Assembly: GCA_031082315.1 (NCBI GenBank)
Contig: JAVHLC010000002.1
Location: 147,362 to 211,361, forward strand
DNA: 64,000 nt
Origin: Thermodesulfobacteriota bacterium
GTDB lineage: Bacteria; Desulfobacterota; QYQD01
Direction of reading: 5' to 3'
Made by a program: the position numbers and the translations under genes. Shown one piece after another: positions 9,197 through 17,713 of this stretch (its first letter is position 1; each line of letters begins with the position of its first letter). The notes under the pieces are model-generated. The model saw only the letters and a list, made by a program, of their open reading frames with translations, did not search any database and was not told where the DNA came from.

Positions 9197-10783
9197 TCAG
9201 TTGTGTTCGCGGGTCTTGAGGAAGACAATATCAGGCCAGTCTTCCATCACAAAACCAAGTCGCCACTCGCTGGGCGCCAGGTAGGCCAGGTGTCCTTCTG
9301 CATCATGCGCCATGTTGAGCAGGTGTTTCTTTTGAAACCCTTCCATTATTTTCTTGTCCCGGCAGCTGACCCATCGCGCCGTCGTGTATTCTACCGGTTC
9401 ATAGACCGCATCTACACCGTATTCGCCTTTGAGGCGTGCGACGGTTACGTCGAATTGTAGAATCCCCACTGCTCCCAGGATGTAGTCGTTTCCCTGAATC
9501 GGCCGAAAGACCTGAACCGCCCCCTCTTCCGCCAACTGCGTCAGGCCTTTTTGCAGTTGTTTGGCCTTGATGGGGTTCTTCAGGCGCACCCGCCGGAAGT
9601 GTTCCGGGGCAAAATTTGGAATGCCTGTGAACTTGAGGGGTTCCTTCTCGCTGAAGGTATCCCCGATCTTGATGGTTCCATGATTGTGGATGCCGATGAT
9701 GTCTCCGGGGTAAGCCTCTTCCACATTCATGCGGTCCTGAGCCATAAAAATAGTGGCATTGGCCAGGGCTACCTCTCTACCGGTCCGGTTGTGGCGGACT
9801 TTCATCCCGCGCGTGAATTTGCCTGAAACTATTCGGAGAAAGGCAATGCGGTCTCGATGCGCCGGGTCCATGTTTGCTTGTATCTTGAAAACGAACCCCG
9901 AAAATGGTTCTTCGTAGGGGTGGACTTCACGCGAGACGGCGGCCCTCGGCCCGGGGGCGGGCGCCATCTCTACGAAGGCGTCAAGCAGCTCCTTGACGCC
10001 AAAATTATTGATAGCGCTCCCAAAAAACACCGGGGTCTGGCTCCCTTTCAGATAGTGCCCGTGTTCAAAGGGGTTTGCCGCGCCCTCGATCAACTCCACG
10101 TCTCGGCGCAGGTCATCAGCCTGGGTGCCGAGGATTTCATCGAGCAGACTATCGGCCAGGTCGGTGACCGTTACCCCGTCCTGAATCCTAGTCTCTTGCC
10201 CCGGGGTAAAAAGACGCAGTTTCTTACGGTAGAAGTCATACACTCCTTTGAAGCGCTTGCCCCCTCCAATCGGCCAGGAGAGCGGCGTACACTCAATCTG
10301 GAGCTTGTCTTCGATGTCCGCAAGCACATCCAGGGGGGACATCCCGTCCCGGTCCAGCTTGTTGATGAAGGTTATGATCGGGGTATTACGCAGTCGGCAG
10401 ACCTCCATCAGTCTTTCCGTCTGCGGTTCCACGCCCTTTGCGCTGTCTATCACCATGAGGGCGCTATCCACCGCCGTGAGGACCCTGTACGTGTCTTCAG
10501 AAAAATCCTGGTGTCCGGGGGTGTCAAGCAGGTTTATCTCGAAATCACGGTAGTTGAATTTCATCACCGAAGTGGTAACTGATATGCCGCGCTCCCTCTC
10601 GATGGACATCCAGTCGCTGGTAGCATGACGGGCAGCCTTTCGGGCCTTCACGGCCCCGGCCAGCTGAATGGCCCCACCGAAGAGGAGCAATTTTTCCGTA
10701 AGGGTGGTTTTCCCGGCGTCAGGATGGCTGATGATGCCGAAAGTGCGCCGTCGGTCAACCTCTCTCTGATGTTCCTTGTTCAC
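9197..10783 (-). CDS. prfC: Peptide chain release factor 3
   Basis: [65 protein letters not shown]. Confidence 0.98.
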   Translation of the reverse strand: MNKEHQREVDRRRTFGIISHPDAGKTTLTEKLLLFGGAIQLAGAVKARKAARHATSDWMSIERERGISVTTSVMKFNYRDFEINLLDTPGHQDFSEDTYRVLTAVDSALMVIDSAKGVEPQTERLMEVCRLRNTPIITFINKLDRDGMSPLDVLADIEDKLQIECTPLSWPIGGGKRFKGVYDFYRKKLRLFTPGQETRIQDGVTVTDLADSLLDEILGTQADDLRRDVELIEGAANPFEHGHYLKGSQTPVFFGSAINNFGVKELLDAFVEMAPAPGPRAAVSREVHPYEEPFSGFVFKIQANMDPAHRDRIAFLRIVSGKFTRGMKVRHNRTGREVALANATIFMAQDRMNVEEAYPGDIIGIHNHGTIKIGDTFSEKEPLKFTGIPNFAPEHFRRVRLKNPIKAKQLQKGLTQLAEEGAVQVFRPIQGNDYILGAVGILQFDVTVARLKGEYGVDAVYEPVEYTTARWVSCRDKKIMEGFQKKHLLNMAHDAEGHLAYLAPSEWRLGFVMEDWPDIVFLKTREHN

Positions 10784-10796
10784 GCTATAAACCCCG

Positions 10797-10892
10797 AAAA
10801 AGATGGTTGTAAAACAAAAAAAATCGGGCCGTCAGGCCCGTTTGGTGTTTCGTAGTATACACAAAGATCAACGTTCAGTCAACGGCGGATTG
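10797..10892 (-). promoter_or_regulatory. Shared leader copy 1: sigma70 promoter plus promoter-proximal intrinsic terminator upstream of prfC
   Basis: TTGACT-N17-TATACT, then CGGGCC-TGAC-GGCCCG-A-T8; near-identical to 13593-13688. Confidence 0.8.
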
Positions 10893-11143
10893 GGCCGCAT
10901 AGCGAAGACAAAGCTCGACCCGGTAGGTGATGGTGCGTTCCCGTCTCCGCCTTACATCTTATCTCAACATCGGGGGTGCCAAAGAGGATTGAACCTTTAA
11001 GCGATCAAAAACCGACCTTGAAACTGTTTTCTGTTGACAAGAAACCAGCTTCTAGCTAAGGTCGCGAAAGAACAAGATATTTGAAAGCTGAACGGCAGGC
11101 TCCTGGATGAAATTCCAAACCTGACCCCGGGAGGTGAAAAAGC

Positions 11144-11251
11144 ATGACCAAAGGCATGGACAGCAAAAAGAAAACCAAGAAGGAACCGGCCAAGACCCTG
11201 AAGGAAAAAAAGGCCGCGAAAAGAGCCAAGAAGGATGAGAAAAAACGCTAG
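11144..11251 (+). CDS. 35-aa lysine-rich small basic protein (MTKGMDSKKKTKKEPAKTLKEKKAAKRAKKDEKKR)
   Basis: Below the ORF-track cutoff; strong GGAGGTG RBS and a TTGACA-N17-TAAGGT promoter-like element near 11034-11062. Confidence 0.75.
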   Translation: MTKGMDSKKKTKKEPAKTLKEKKAAKRAKKDEKKR

Positions 11252-11877
11252 GAGCCTGCCGAATCTCCTGAATCCCTGATCTGCAGGAGTTTTTGAAAGA
11301 GTATCCGGCCCAGCCAGGCATCGGTGGCCGCATATCGAATTTGCGGCGGGGTCAGTGTGCTTCGTGCCCAATTGGAAGTCTGGGCTGCCTTGGAAATGCG
11401 TAGCCCCAGCAGAACGGCGGCAAGTCCCCGCAAGCCCTGATTTAGAAGACCCGCTTCTCTGGCCATCCTGTCGAGGTCCACGCACCGTGCCGGCTGGAAG
11501 GGGGCTAGTTCCTGCAATTCCCGGATATCATACGTCAGAGCGACGCCGGCCTTGGTGATCTCGGGCTGCGCCAAGAGGCGGCGGAGCGGTTTGGGCAGGC
11601 CGAGGTACTGCAACTGGAAAATGAAAACCTCCTGTTCGCCTGCGAGCTGCAGCAGTGACGGCGGGTAACTCTCTCCCTTTTTGAAGGCAGGCCTGGTTTC
11701 CGTGTCCAACCCTAGCAGGGTTTCCTTTGCCAAATGCCGGACCGCATCGGCCAGCTCCCCGGCAGTGCGGATGACGTGAACCGGTCCACGCCATTTGGTC
11801 ATAGGGCAGGCGTTGATTTCCTTTTTGTTCAGCCGCCGGGCAACTCCCCGGCCGTCGCCGGCCTCTTTTCCGGACAT
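11248..11877 (-). CDS. 3'-5' exonuclease, RNase D/WRN-type DEDDy domain
   Basis: LGLDTETRP (ExoI), SLLQLA, QTSNW...QIRYAATDAW (ExoIII). Confidence 0.9.
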   Translation of the reverse strand: MSGKEAGDGRGVARRLNKKEINACPMTKWRGPVHVIRTAGELADAVRHLAKETLLGLDTETRPAFKKGESYPPSLLQLAGEQEVFIFQLQYLGLPKPLRRLLAQPEITKAGVALTYDIRELQELAPFQPARCVDLDRMAREAGLLNQGLRGLAAVLLGLRISKAAQTSNWARSTLTPPQIRYAATDAWLGRILFQKLLQIRDSGDSAGS

Positions 11878-11934
11878 TACTTATTCTCCCCGGTGATTGG
11901 ATATCTCTCCGATTTTGGAGGGAGGGCTAGAGAT

Positions 11935-13563
11935 TCAGCTCGCCATTGCCTGGCAGAGATCACCTCTGAGCCTCGTCACCTCCCCGTCTTCCAGATAATC
12001 GTCATAATTTGTCATCCGATCTATGATTCCGGTCGGCGTAATCTCGATGATCCGGTTCGCCACTGTGGCGACGGACTGGTGATCATGGGAAGCGAAAAGC
12101 ACCACCTCAGGGAAGGCGATGAGGCCGTTGTTGAGGGCGGTGATCGATTCAAGGTCCAGGTGATTGGTCGGCTCATCGAAGATGAGAGCGTTGGCGTCGG
12201 CCAGCATCATCCGCGCCAGCATACAGCGGACCCGCTCGCCGCCGGAAAGGACGCCGACCTGCTTGAGCGCCTCTTCGCCGGAGAAGAGCATCCGGCCGAG
12301 AAACCCGCGGACGAAGTTCTCGCCCTCGGTGATGGGCGCAAACTGGCGGAGCCATTCGATCAGGTTCAGGTCATGGGCGAAGTAGTCGCTGTTCTCCTTA
12401 GGAAAATAGGCGGTGGAGATGGTCTGGCCCCAGCGGAAGCTGCCGCTGTCCGGCGCCATTTCCCCGGTCAGGATCTGGAAAAGGGTCGTCCTGGCCAGGG
12501 TGCTGTCGCCGACAAAGGCGATTTTGTCCCCCTTGTTGACGGTGAGGGTTAAATTGTGCAAGGCCGTGACCCCGTCCACCTCCTTGCAGAGGTCCTTGAT
12601 CTCGAGGATGATGTCGCCGCAGGGCCGCCCGGGCTTGAACACCACATAGGGGTATTTCCGCGACGAGACCGGCATGTCCTCGATGGTGAGCTTTTCCAAC
12701 AGTTTTTTCCGCGAGGTGGCCTGCTTCGCCTTGGAGGCGTTGGAGCTGAAACGCTGGATGAACGCCTTGAGCTCGTCGGCCCGGGCCGTGGCCTTTTTGT
12801 TCTCATTCTGCCTCTGCTTGAGAATCAACTGGCTGGCCTCGTACCAGAAGTCGTAGTTCCCAACATACACCTGGATGCGGCCGAAGTCGATATCCGCCAT
12901 ATGGGTGCAGACCTGATTCAGGAAATGGCGGTCATGGGAAACGATAATGGTCGTGTTCTGAAATCGGAAAAGGAAATTCTCCAGCCAGGCGATGGATTGC
13001 TGGTCCAGATTGTTGGTCGGCTCGTCAAGCAGAAGGATGTCCGGGTTACCGAACAAGGCCTGCGCGAGCAGCACTCGCACTTTGTCGCCGCCATCGAGCT
13101 CCTTCATCTTCTTCTGGCGCAGATCCTCATGAATGCCGAGACCGTTGAGCAGCACCGCCACCTCGGATTCAATGTCATAGCCGTTCATCGCCGCGAATTC
13201 GCCCTCGACCTCCCCACAGCGAAGGCCGTCCGCTTCCGAGAGATCGGGCTTGGCGTAGAGCGCCTCCCGCTCGGCCATCAGTTGGTAGAGCCTTCGGTGC
13301 CCCATGATGACGGTATGGAAGACCGTTTCCTCGTCAAAGGCGAAATGGTCCTGCCGCAGCACCGCAATCCGCTCGCCGGCCCCGACCGTAATTTCTCCCT
13401 TGTCCGGTTCTATTTCGCCGGCGAGGATCTGGAGAAAGGTGGACTTGCCGGCGCCGTTGGCGCCGATCAGGCCGTAACAGTTGCCGGGGGTGAATTTGAT
13501 GTTGACGTCCTTAAAAATAACCCTCTTGCCGTAGGCGAGGGCGACATTCGATGCGTTGATCAT
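11935..13563 (-). CDS. ABC-F family ribosome-associated ATPase (YbiT/YkpA-like)
   Basis: Two ABC domains (GANGAGKST, LLDEPTNNLD, LSGGE, DEPTNHLD), linker IQRFSSNASKAKQATSRKK, no TM segments. Confidence 0.93.
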   Translation of the reverse strand: MINASNVALAYGKRVIFKDVNIKFTPGNCYGLIGANGAGKSTFLQILAGEIEPDKGEITVGAGERIAVLRQDHFAFDEETVFHTVIMGHRRLYQLMAEREALYAKPDLSEADGLRCGEVEGEFAAMNGYDIESEVAVLLNGLGIHEDLRQKKMKELDGGDKVRVLLAQALFGNPDILLLDEPTNNLDQQSIAWLENFLFRFQNTTIIVSHDRHFLNQVCTHMADIDFGRIQVYVGNYDFWYEASQLILKQRQNENKKATARADELKAFIQRFSSNASKAKQATSRKKLLEKLTIEDMPVSSRKYPYVVFKPGRPCGDIILEIKDLCKEVDGVTALHNLTLTVNKGDKIAFVGDSTLARTTLFQILTGEMAPDSGSFRWGQTISTAYFPKENSDYFAHDLNLIEWLRQFAPITEGENFVRGFLGRMLFSGEEALKQVGVLSGGERVRCMLARMMLADANALIFDEPTNHLDLESITALNNGLIAFPEVVLFASHDHQSVATVANRIIEITPTGIIDRMTNYDDYLEDGEVTRLRGDLCQAMAS

Positions 13564-13592
13564 TCTTGCCTTCCTAAAACTGATGAATTCCC

Positions 13593-13688
13593 AAAAAGAT
13601 GGTTGTAAAACAAAAAAAATCGGGCCGTCAGGCCCGTTTGGTGTTTCGTATTGTACACAAAAAACAGCGTTCAGTCAACGGCGGATTG
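13593..13688 (-). promoter_or_regulatory. Shared leader copy 2 upstream of the ABC-F gene
   Basis: TTGACT-N17-TACAAT followed by the same hairpin and T8; transcribed part identical to copy 1. Confidence 0.8.
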
Positions 13689-13807
13689 TGGATTGCTCAT
13701 GTCCGGGACCTTTCCCGCATGCCTCACCGGTGCAACCCTCTTCATAACCTTTCTCCATCCGTGCAACCTAAAGGTCGTCCTGAACGTGCTTTCCATGTAA
13801 GAAAGCT

Positions 13808-13852
13808 TTGAACATGCATAGCGAGCGCATTCCCCGCTGCTCGCGGCGGGGA
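13808..13852 (-). repeat. Dispersed hairpin repeat A, copy 3
   Basis: TTGAACATGCATAGCGAGCGCATTCCCCGCTGCTCGCGGCGGGGA. Confidence 0.65.
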
Positions 13853-13881
13853 ATATCGCTGCGCGGTGTGGGGAAAAAGGG

Positions 13882-14229
13882 CTAAGCCTGCTGAGGCGCT
13901 GCGCCCTCTTCCTTCTTCTTTTTCTTCTTGGGCTTGGCTTCGGGGGGCGGCGCGGCGACTTTCTTTGCCTTGGAGGTCTCTTCCTTGGGCCTTGCCAAGC
14001 GCTCCGCCTTGATCGTGGCCAACTCCGCCGTTCGCTTCTCCGTGGCGTCGATCGCCCGCAAACGGGCCTGCGATTCCTTGATCTTTGCCTTCAATCCCTT
14101 GACGAGCACATCGCGCGCGATCTTTTTCTTGTCCGCCCCCTTCTCCGCAAGAAGCGCCAGACGCTTCTGCAACTTCACTTCCCATTCGGCCTTCTGTTTC
14201 AGCCGCGTTTCCCTGCGTTCGGATGCCAT
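13882..14229 (-). CDS. Lys/Ala-rich basic coiled-coil hypothetical protein
   Basis: 115 aa, AAGGAG RBS, strongly basic, helical, ends in KPKKKKKKEE. Confidence 0.75.
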   Translation of the reverse strand: MASERRETRLKQKAEWEVKLQKRLALLAEKGADKKKIARDVLVKGLKAKIKESQARLRAIDATEKRTAELATIKAERLARPKEETSKAKKVAAPPPEAKPKKKKKKEEGAAPQQA

Positions 14230-14411
14230 TGGTTTCTCCTTTTTGGTTTTTCCGTGTCGGGTATCTTCACTGTTTCCTCATCATCGTGCCCGGAGACGGA
14301 AGTTACCTCTTACCAGAATTTCCGCCGAAAATCCAGTTAATTTGGCCGGCCGTCATAAGGAGCCAAACACCCAATCTCTTTGACCTTGTACCGGGATTGA
14401 AGTTCGGGGGT

Positions 14412-14495
14412 CAGTGGGCTACAGTCAATGCTGCATTGAGCATATATCTCGCTGATTTTTTGATAGAACCGCCTTTCAGAAGCCCGTATCTCGCG
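14412..14495 (-). pseudogene. Fragment of a RhuM-family protein
   Basis: Minus-strand peptide REIRASERRFYQKISEIYAQCSID matches the RhuM motif IRASERRFYQKI.DIY; no start codon or full ORF. Confidence 0.65.
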
Positions 14496-14613
14496 GTATT
14501 ATCTTTCCTGTAACAACCTCTTCTGCGGATCACAGCAGACGAGAAATGCCTGTTGTTCTAAAAGTGATAATTTTCAAGAATGTCCCGGTGTCCCTCCCGA
14601 GTGAGTCTATCTA

Positions 14614-14802
14614 TTAAAGGGTTGCGGTCTTTTTTTCTGCGCGCATACGATCCCTGATCTTCTTGGCCCTATCAGGCATGGCATAATAGAAAAACTCCAT
14701 TTGCGCCTCAAGCCACTTGATCTTTTGAAGAGCCGGCCGCTTCCGGTACTCTTTTATCTGCTCTATCGTCCTATAATATAACAGTGGCGTTTTATTCATC
14801 AC
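14614..14802 (-). CDS. Small protein coupled to the nucleotidyltransferase (putative TA partner)
   Basis: 62 aa, overlaps the upstream gene end, basic and helical. Confidence 0.6.
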   Translation of the reverse strand: MMNKTPLLYYRTIEQIKEYRKRPALQKIKWLEAQMEFFYYAMPDRAKKIRDRMRAEKKTATL

Positions 14803-15301
14803 CCCACTCCTTTTCTATCTTTCTAAGATAATAGACATCGGCAATATCTTGAGGTCTGCCGACCTTCTTCTTCATCTCAATAAGCCGTTTTATAGGGACA
14901 AGTGGAATCCTCACATTTCCAGCCTTGATATTTTTCCGTTCTCCATAAACCTTATCAAAGTCAAACGGTTCCTCTACAAATACATCCAATAGGAAATATG
15001 GATTCTGCGGGTCATAAACGCTGAAAACCTTCATCCCCTTTTCACGAACCCACTTGTCCCTCATCTCCTTACTGCACAGATCTTCAAGTTTCACCGGAAT
15101 TTTGGGCCTGAAGCCTAACTCCTTCATGACCTCCACAAACTTTTCAAGATTATGCCGCTCCAGATGAACAACGATATCTATATCGCCTGTGGCTCGTTCA
15201 ATCCCATAAAGATTGACAGCCACTCCACCGGCGACGAGATAGCGAACCTTCTTATTGTTCAGGGTTGAAAACAGGTTAAGGATGTTTAATTTATCGCTCA
15301 T
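14792..15301 (-). CDS. Nucleotidyltransferase-fold protein (MNT/DUF6036-like)
   Basis: YLVAGGVAVNLYG.ERATGDIDI (GG...DxD) and LIEMKKKVGRPQDIAD. Confidence 0.8.
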   Translation of the reverse strand: MSDKLNILNLFSTLNNKKVRYLVAGGVAVNLYGIERATGDIDIVVHLERHNLEKFVEVMKELGFRPKIPVKLEDLCSKEMRDKWVREKGMKVFSVYDPQNPYFLLDVFVEEPFDFDKVYGERKNIKAGNVRIPLVPIKRLIEMKKKVGRPQDIADVYYLRKIEKEWGDE

Positions 15302-15340
15302 ATCGTCTTAAAGTCCATACCTTCTACGAACGTTTCAATA
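15297..15340 (-). repeat. 44-bp perfect direct repeat copy 1, part of a DUF86/HepT N-terminal remnant (15298-15372)
   Basis: Identical to 16762-16805; minus strand reads YLKNILEAMTGIETFVEGMDFKTI*, with the stop overlapping the next ATG. Confidence 0.85.
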
Positions 15341-15395
15341 CCGGTCATTGCCTCCAGGATATTTTTCAGGTAGTTCCAGTTTAGGAAATGTCATT

Positions 15396-16766
15396 TCATT
15401 TTTTCACCACTTCCCAATAGCCACCCTTGTCCGGGCCGATGCGCTTGAGAACTCCTTTTTTCCTAAGTCTGGTTATATGGTATTTTACTCCGTCTTCGGT
15501 TATCCCTATAACCGTTGCAAGTTCTTTTTGAGTAATATCTGATTTCTTAGTAATAGCTTCTATGATTTTCTGGGTAGTTTTCTGGGTAGTTTTCTGGGTA
15601 ATATCTTCTACCCCTTTTTCACCCAACTTTTCAAATCCTTTCTTGCCCTCAAAATAACTCCTACGCTTAAAAGTAGTAATAAACTTTGTCCCTACCTCGC
15701 TGAATTCAGTATCAGGTTCTTTTGAGAGCATAAGCTTGATACCCCTGCCCCATTTCTCTATGAAATGAACACGATGAAGCATCTCTGCAATCAGCTCGTT
15801 TCTTCTTTCTGAGACCATCTTTGTCCTGATGGTCTCTATGGTCAGCCCACCATAAAGCAGCCCCGGGCTCCTTATTTCAACACGATCTTTAAAAACAGCG
15901 ATGTTAACAGAATCAAACTCCCGGTAATCCCTATGGCAGAAGGCATTGATTATTGCTTCTCTGAAAGCCGCCTTGTCAATTTCAGGCACATCTACCCTTC
16001 TTAACCCTTCCAGCTTCATGCCGATATGAATATTTTTCAGGATGTATCCTTCGGCTTTTTCGATCAGGTAGAAGAGATCTCCTTCAAAATCCTGCATATC
16101 AATGGTAAACGATGTGTCTGTTGTGCCGAAAACAGCGCATCTGAGACGGGCATTGGGGAAAAATGCCTGCGGTTTTTTGGCAAATAAGATTACGGCTGCA
16201 TTGAGGGGCTTACCGTCAGACATGAGCTTTAATTTTTCAAGCGCATTGCGTACAGTGTCATATTTCAGCACTGAACCTTTCAAAAAAGATTTGACTTTAG
16301 TTGCGCTTATGTCTGTGATCTTTGCTTCTTTGCAAATTTCGGTATCCCATCTTAATTTATCCTTATTCTTTCCGAGAATCAGCCCTTCGAGTTCTTTAGC
16401 GCTTAATTGCCGGTCTTCATCCGCCACCCTTATATATGCCCTGCCATATGCAAAATAGGGAATATCGTTACCCTTAAACCGGACTTTAATACATGCCTTG
16501 CCGTCTATTTCGATACGGTTTATGTGAGGATAGATTTTGGGTTCAATATGGTCTGCAATGGATTTTGATACATCACGGATTGTTTTTTCCGTTACGTTCT
16601 GACCGGCTACAATGCCATTGTTTTTAATTCCAAAAAATAATTCTCCGTGTTGATGTTTATTGAGAATTGCCGCTATAGATATGATCGCCTCTTTAATCTC
16701 AGAAGTAGATTTTTTAAGTTCCAATGTTTCAGATTCAATAAATTTCATATTAAGCTTACGACTCAT
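15396..16766 (-). CDS. Schlafen/AlbA_2 + ATP-binding (HATPase_c_4) + C-terminal HTH protein (RecG-like transcriptional-regulator family)
   Basis: ESETLELKKS, GELFFGIKNNG, FREAIINAFCHRDY, IRSPG, IEKWGRG, LKRIGPDKGGYWEV; 12-bp x3 tandem (TQKT) at 15566-15600. Confidence 0.88.
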   Translation of the reverse strand: MSRKLNMKFIESETLELKKSTSEIKEAIISIAAILNKHQHGELFFGIKNNGIVAGQNVTEKTIRDVSKSIADHIEPKIYPHINRIEIDGKACIKVRFKGNDIPYFAYGRAYIRVADEDRQLSAKELEGLILGKNKDKLRWDTEICKEAKITDISATKVKSFLKGSVLKYDTVRNALEKLKLMSDGKPLNAAVILFAKKPQAFFPNARLRCAVFGTTDTSFTIDMQDFEGDLFYLIEKAEGYILKNIHIGMKLEGLRRVDVPEIDKAAFREAIINAFCHRDYREFDSVNIAVFKDRVEIRSPGLLYGGLTIETIRTKMVSERRNELIAEMLHRVHFIEKWGRGIKLMLSKEPDTEFSEVGTKFITTFKRRSYFEGKKGFEKLGEKGVEDITQKTTQKTTQKIIEAITKKSDITQKELATVIGITEDGVKYHITRLRKKGVLKRIGPDKGGYWEVVKK

Positions 16767-16805
16767 ATCGTCTTAAAGTCCATACCTTCTACGAACGTTT
16801 CAATA
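16762..16805 (-). repeat. 44-bp perfect direct repeat copy 2
   Basis: CTCATATCGTCTTAAAGTCCATACCTTCTACGAACGTTTCAATA, identical to 15297-15340. Confidence 0.9.
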
Positions 16806-16852
16806 GAAGAATTTTATGATCATCTCCCCTCTTCCCGCCTGTCGATGGAGCT

Positions 16853-17713
16853 TCAATTACTTAAGGACGGCTCGGCGCACCCTCCGTCTAGGTCGTAGTT
16901 CGCAATTGCCAATTCAGTCGTGATTTGGCGCTTGCAAACTACTGCTGCCAGCACGCTGTGCCGACGCAGCACGGCATAGTTCCATTCCGCAGCGGAATAG
17001 AGCCTCTTGATGCTGGGCGAGTCCGCATTTGACACGAGGACCAAAGCCCCCCGCCTGGAGGCTTCGCCAACAGCAGCCGCAAGGCGTTCCTGGTCTTCCC
17101 AGCAAAAAAGGCGTTCATTGTACTTAATGAAATTGTTCTGGTTGTGCTGGACCGTGTATGGAGGATCTACGTAAACGAAGTCACCTGCACCTGCTTCATA
17201 CAGCACTTCTTCAAAGTCACCACAGACTAAATGCGCAGACCGTAACGCATTCGCGACCGTTGAGAAATCATCATCGGGGAATGTGACAGTATCCTTGGTT
17301 CCTTTTGGCACGTTGAAAACGCCTTGCCTATTCACACGATAGAGGCCATTGAAACAAGTCCTGTTTAAGTAGATAAATCTGGCCGCACGAGAAGCAGCAG
17401 TTCTCGGCTTGCTGGTGCGGATCCGGTAGTAGTGTTCCTTACTGTGACGCTGCCGATGCCATAGAAGTCTCTCCCATACCAATCGCCAGTCGTCCCGTAT
17501 TGCGTAGTATGTCTCAATAAGGTCGTGATTCGCATCGCTGAGATAAGCATGACTAGGGCATAGGCCGAAAAAGACAGCCCCACTACCCAAAAACGGCTCG
17601 AAATACCGGTTGTATGACTTAGGAAAAACCGTACGGTGGTCAGACACAAGCCACCTCTTGCCTCCCGCCCATTTTAAGAATGGTTTCACACGCTGCCGGG
17701 TGTCCACAGTCAT
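16853..17713 (-). CDS. Dam/D12-class N6-adenine DNA methyltransferase
   Basis: PFLKWAGGK, YFEPFLGSGAV (motif I), YLNRTCFNGLYRVN, YVDPPY (motif IV). Confidence 0.95.
   Translation of the reverse strand: MTVDTRQRVKPFLKWAGGKRWLVSDHRTVFPKSYNRYFEPFLGSGAVFFGLCPSHAYLSDANHDLIETYYAIRDDWRLVWERLLWHRQRHSKEHYYRIRTSKPRTAASRAARFIYLNRTCFNGLYRVNRQGVFNVPKGTKDTVTFPDDDFSTVANALRSAHLVCGDFEEVLYEAGAGDFVYVDPPYTVQHNQNNFIKYNERLFCWEDQERLAAAVGEASRRGALVLVSNADSPSIKRLYSAAEWNYAVLRRHSVLAAVVCKRQITTELAIANYDLDGGCAEPSLSN

Noticed and set aside
15297-16805. 44-bp repeat as a CRISPR repeat (contains GTTTCAAT/ATTGAAAC) or as prophage att sites
   Set aside because: Only two copies 1465 bp apart, with no spacers, cas genes or integrase; better explained as a DUF86-like coding remnant.
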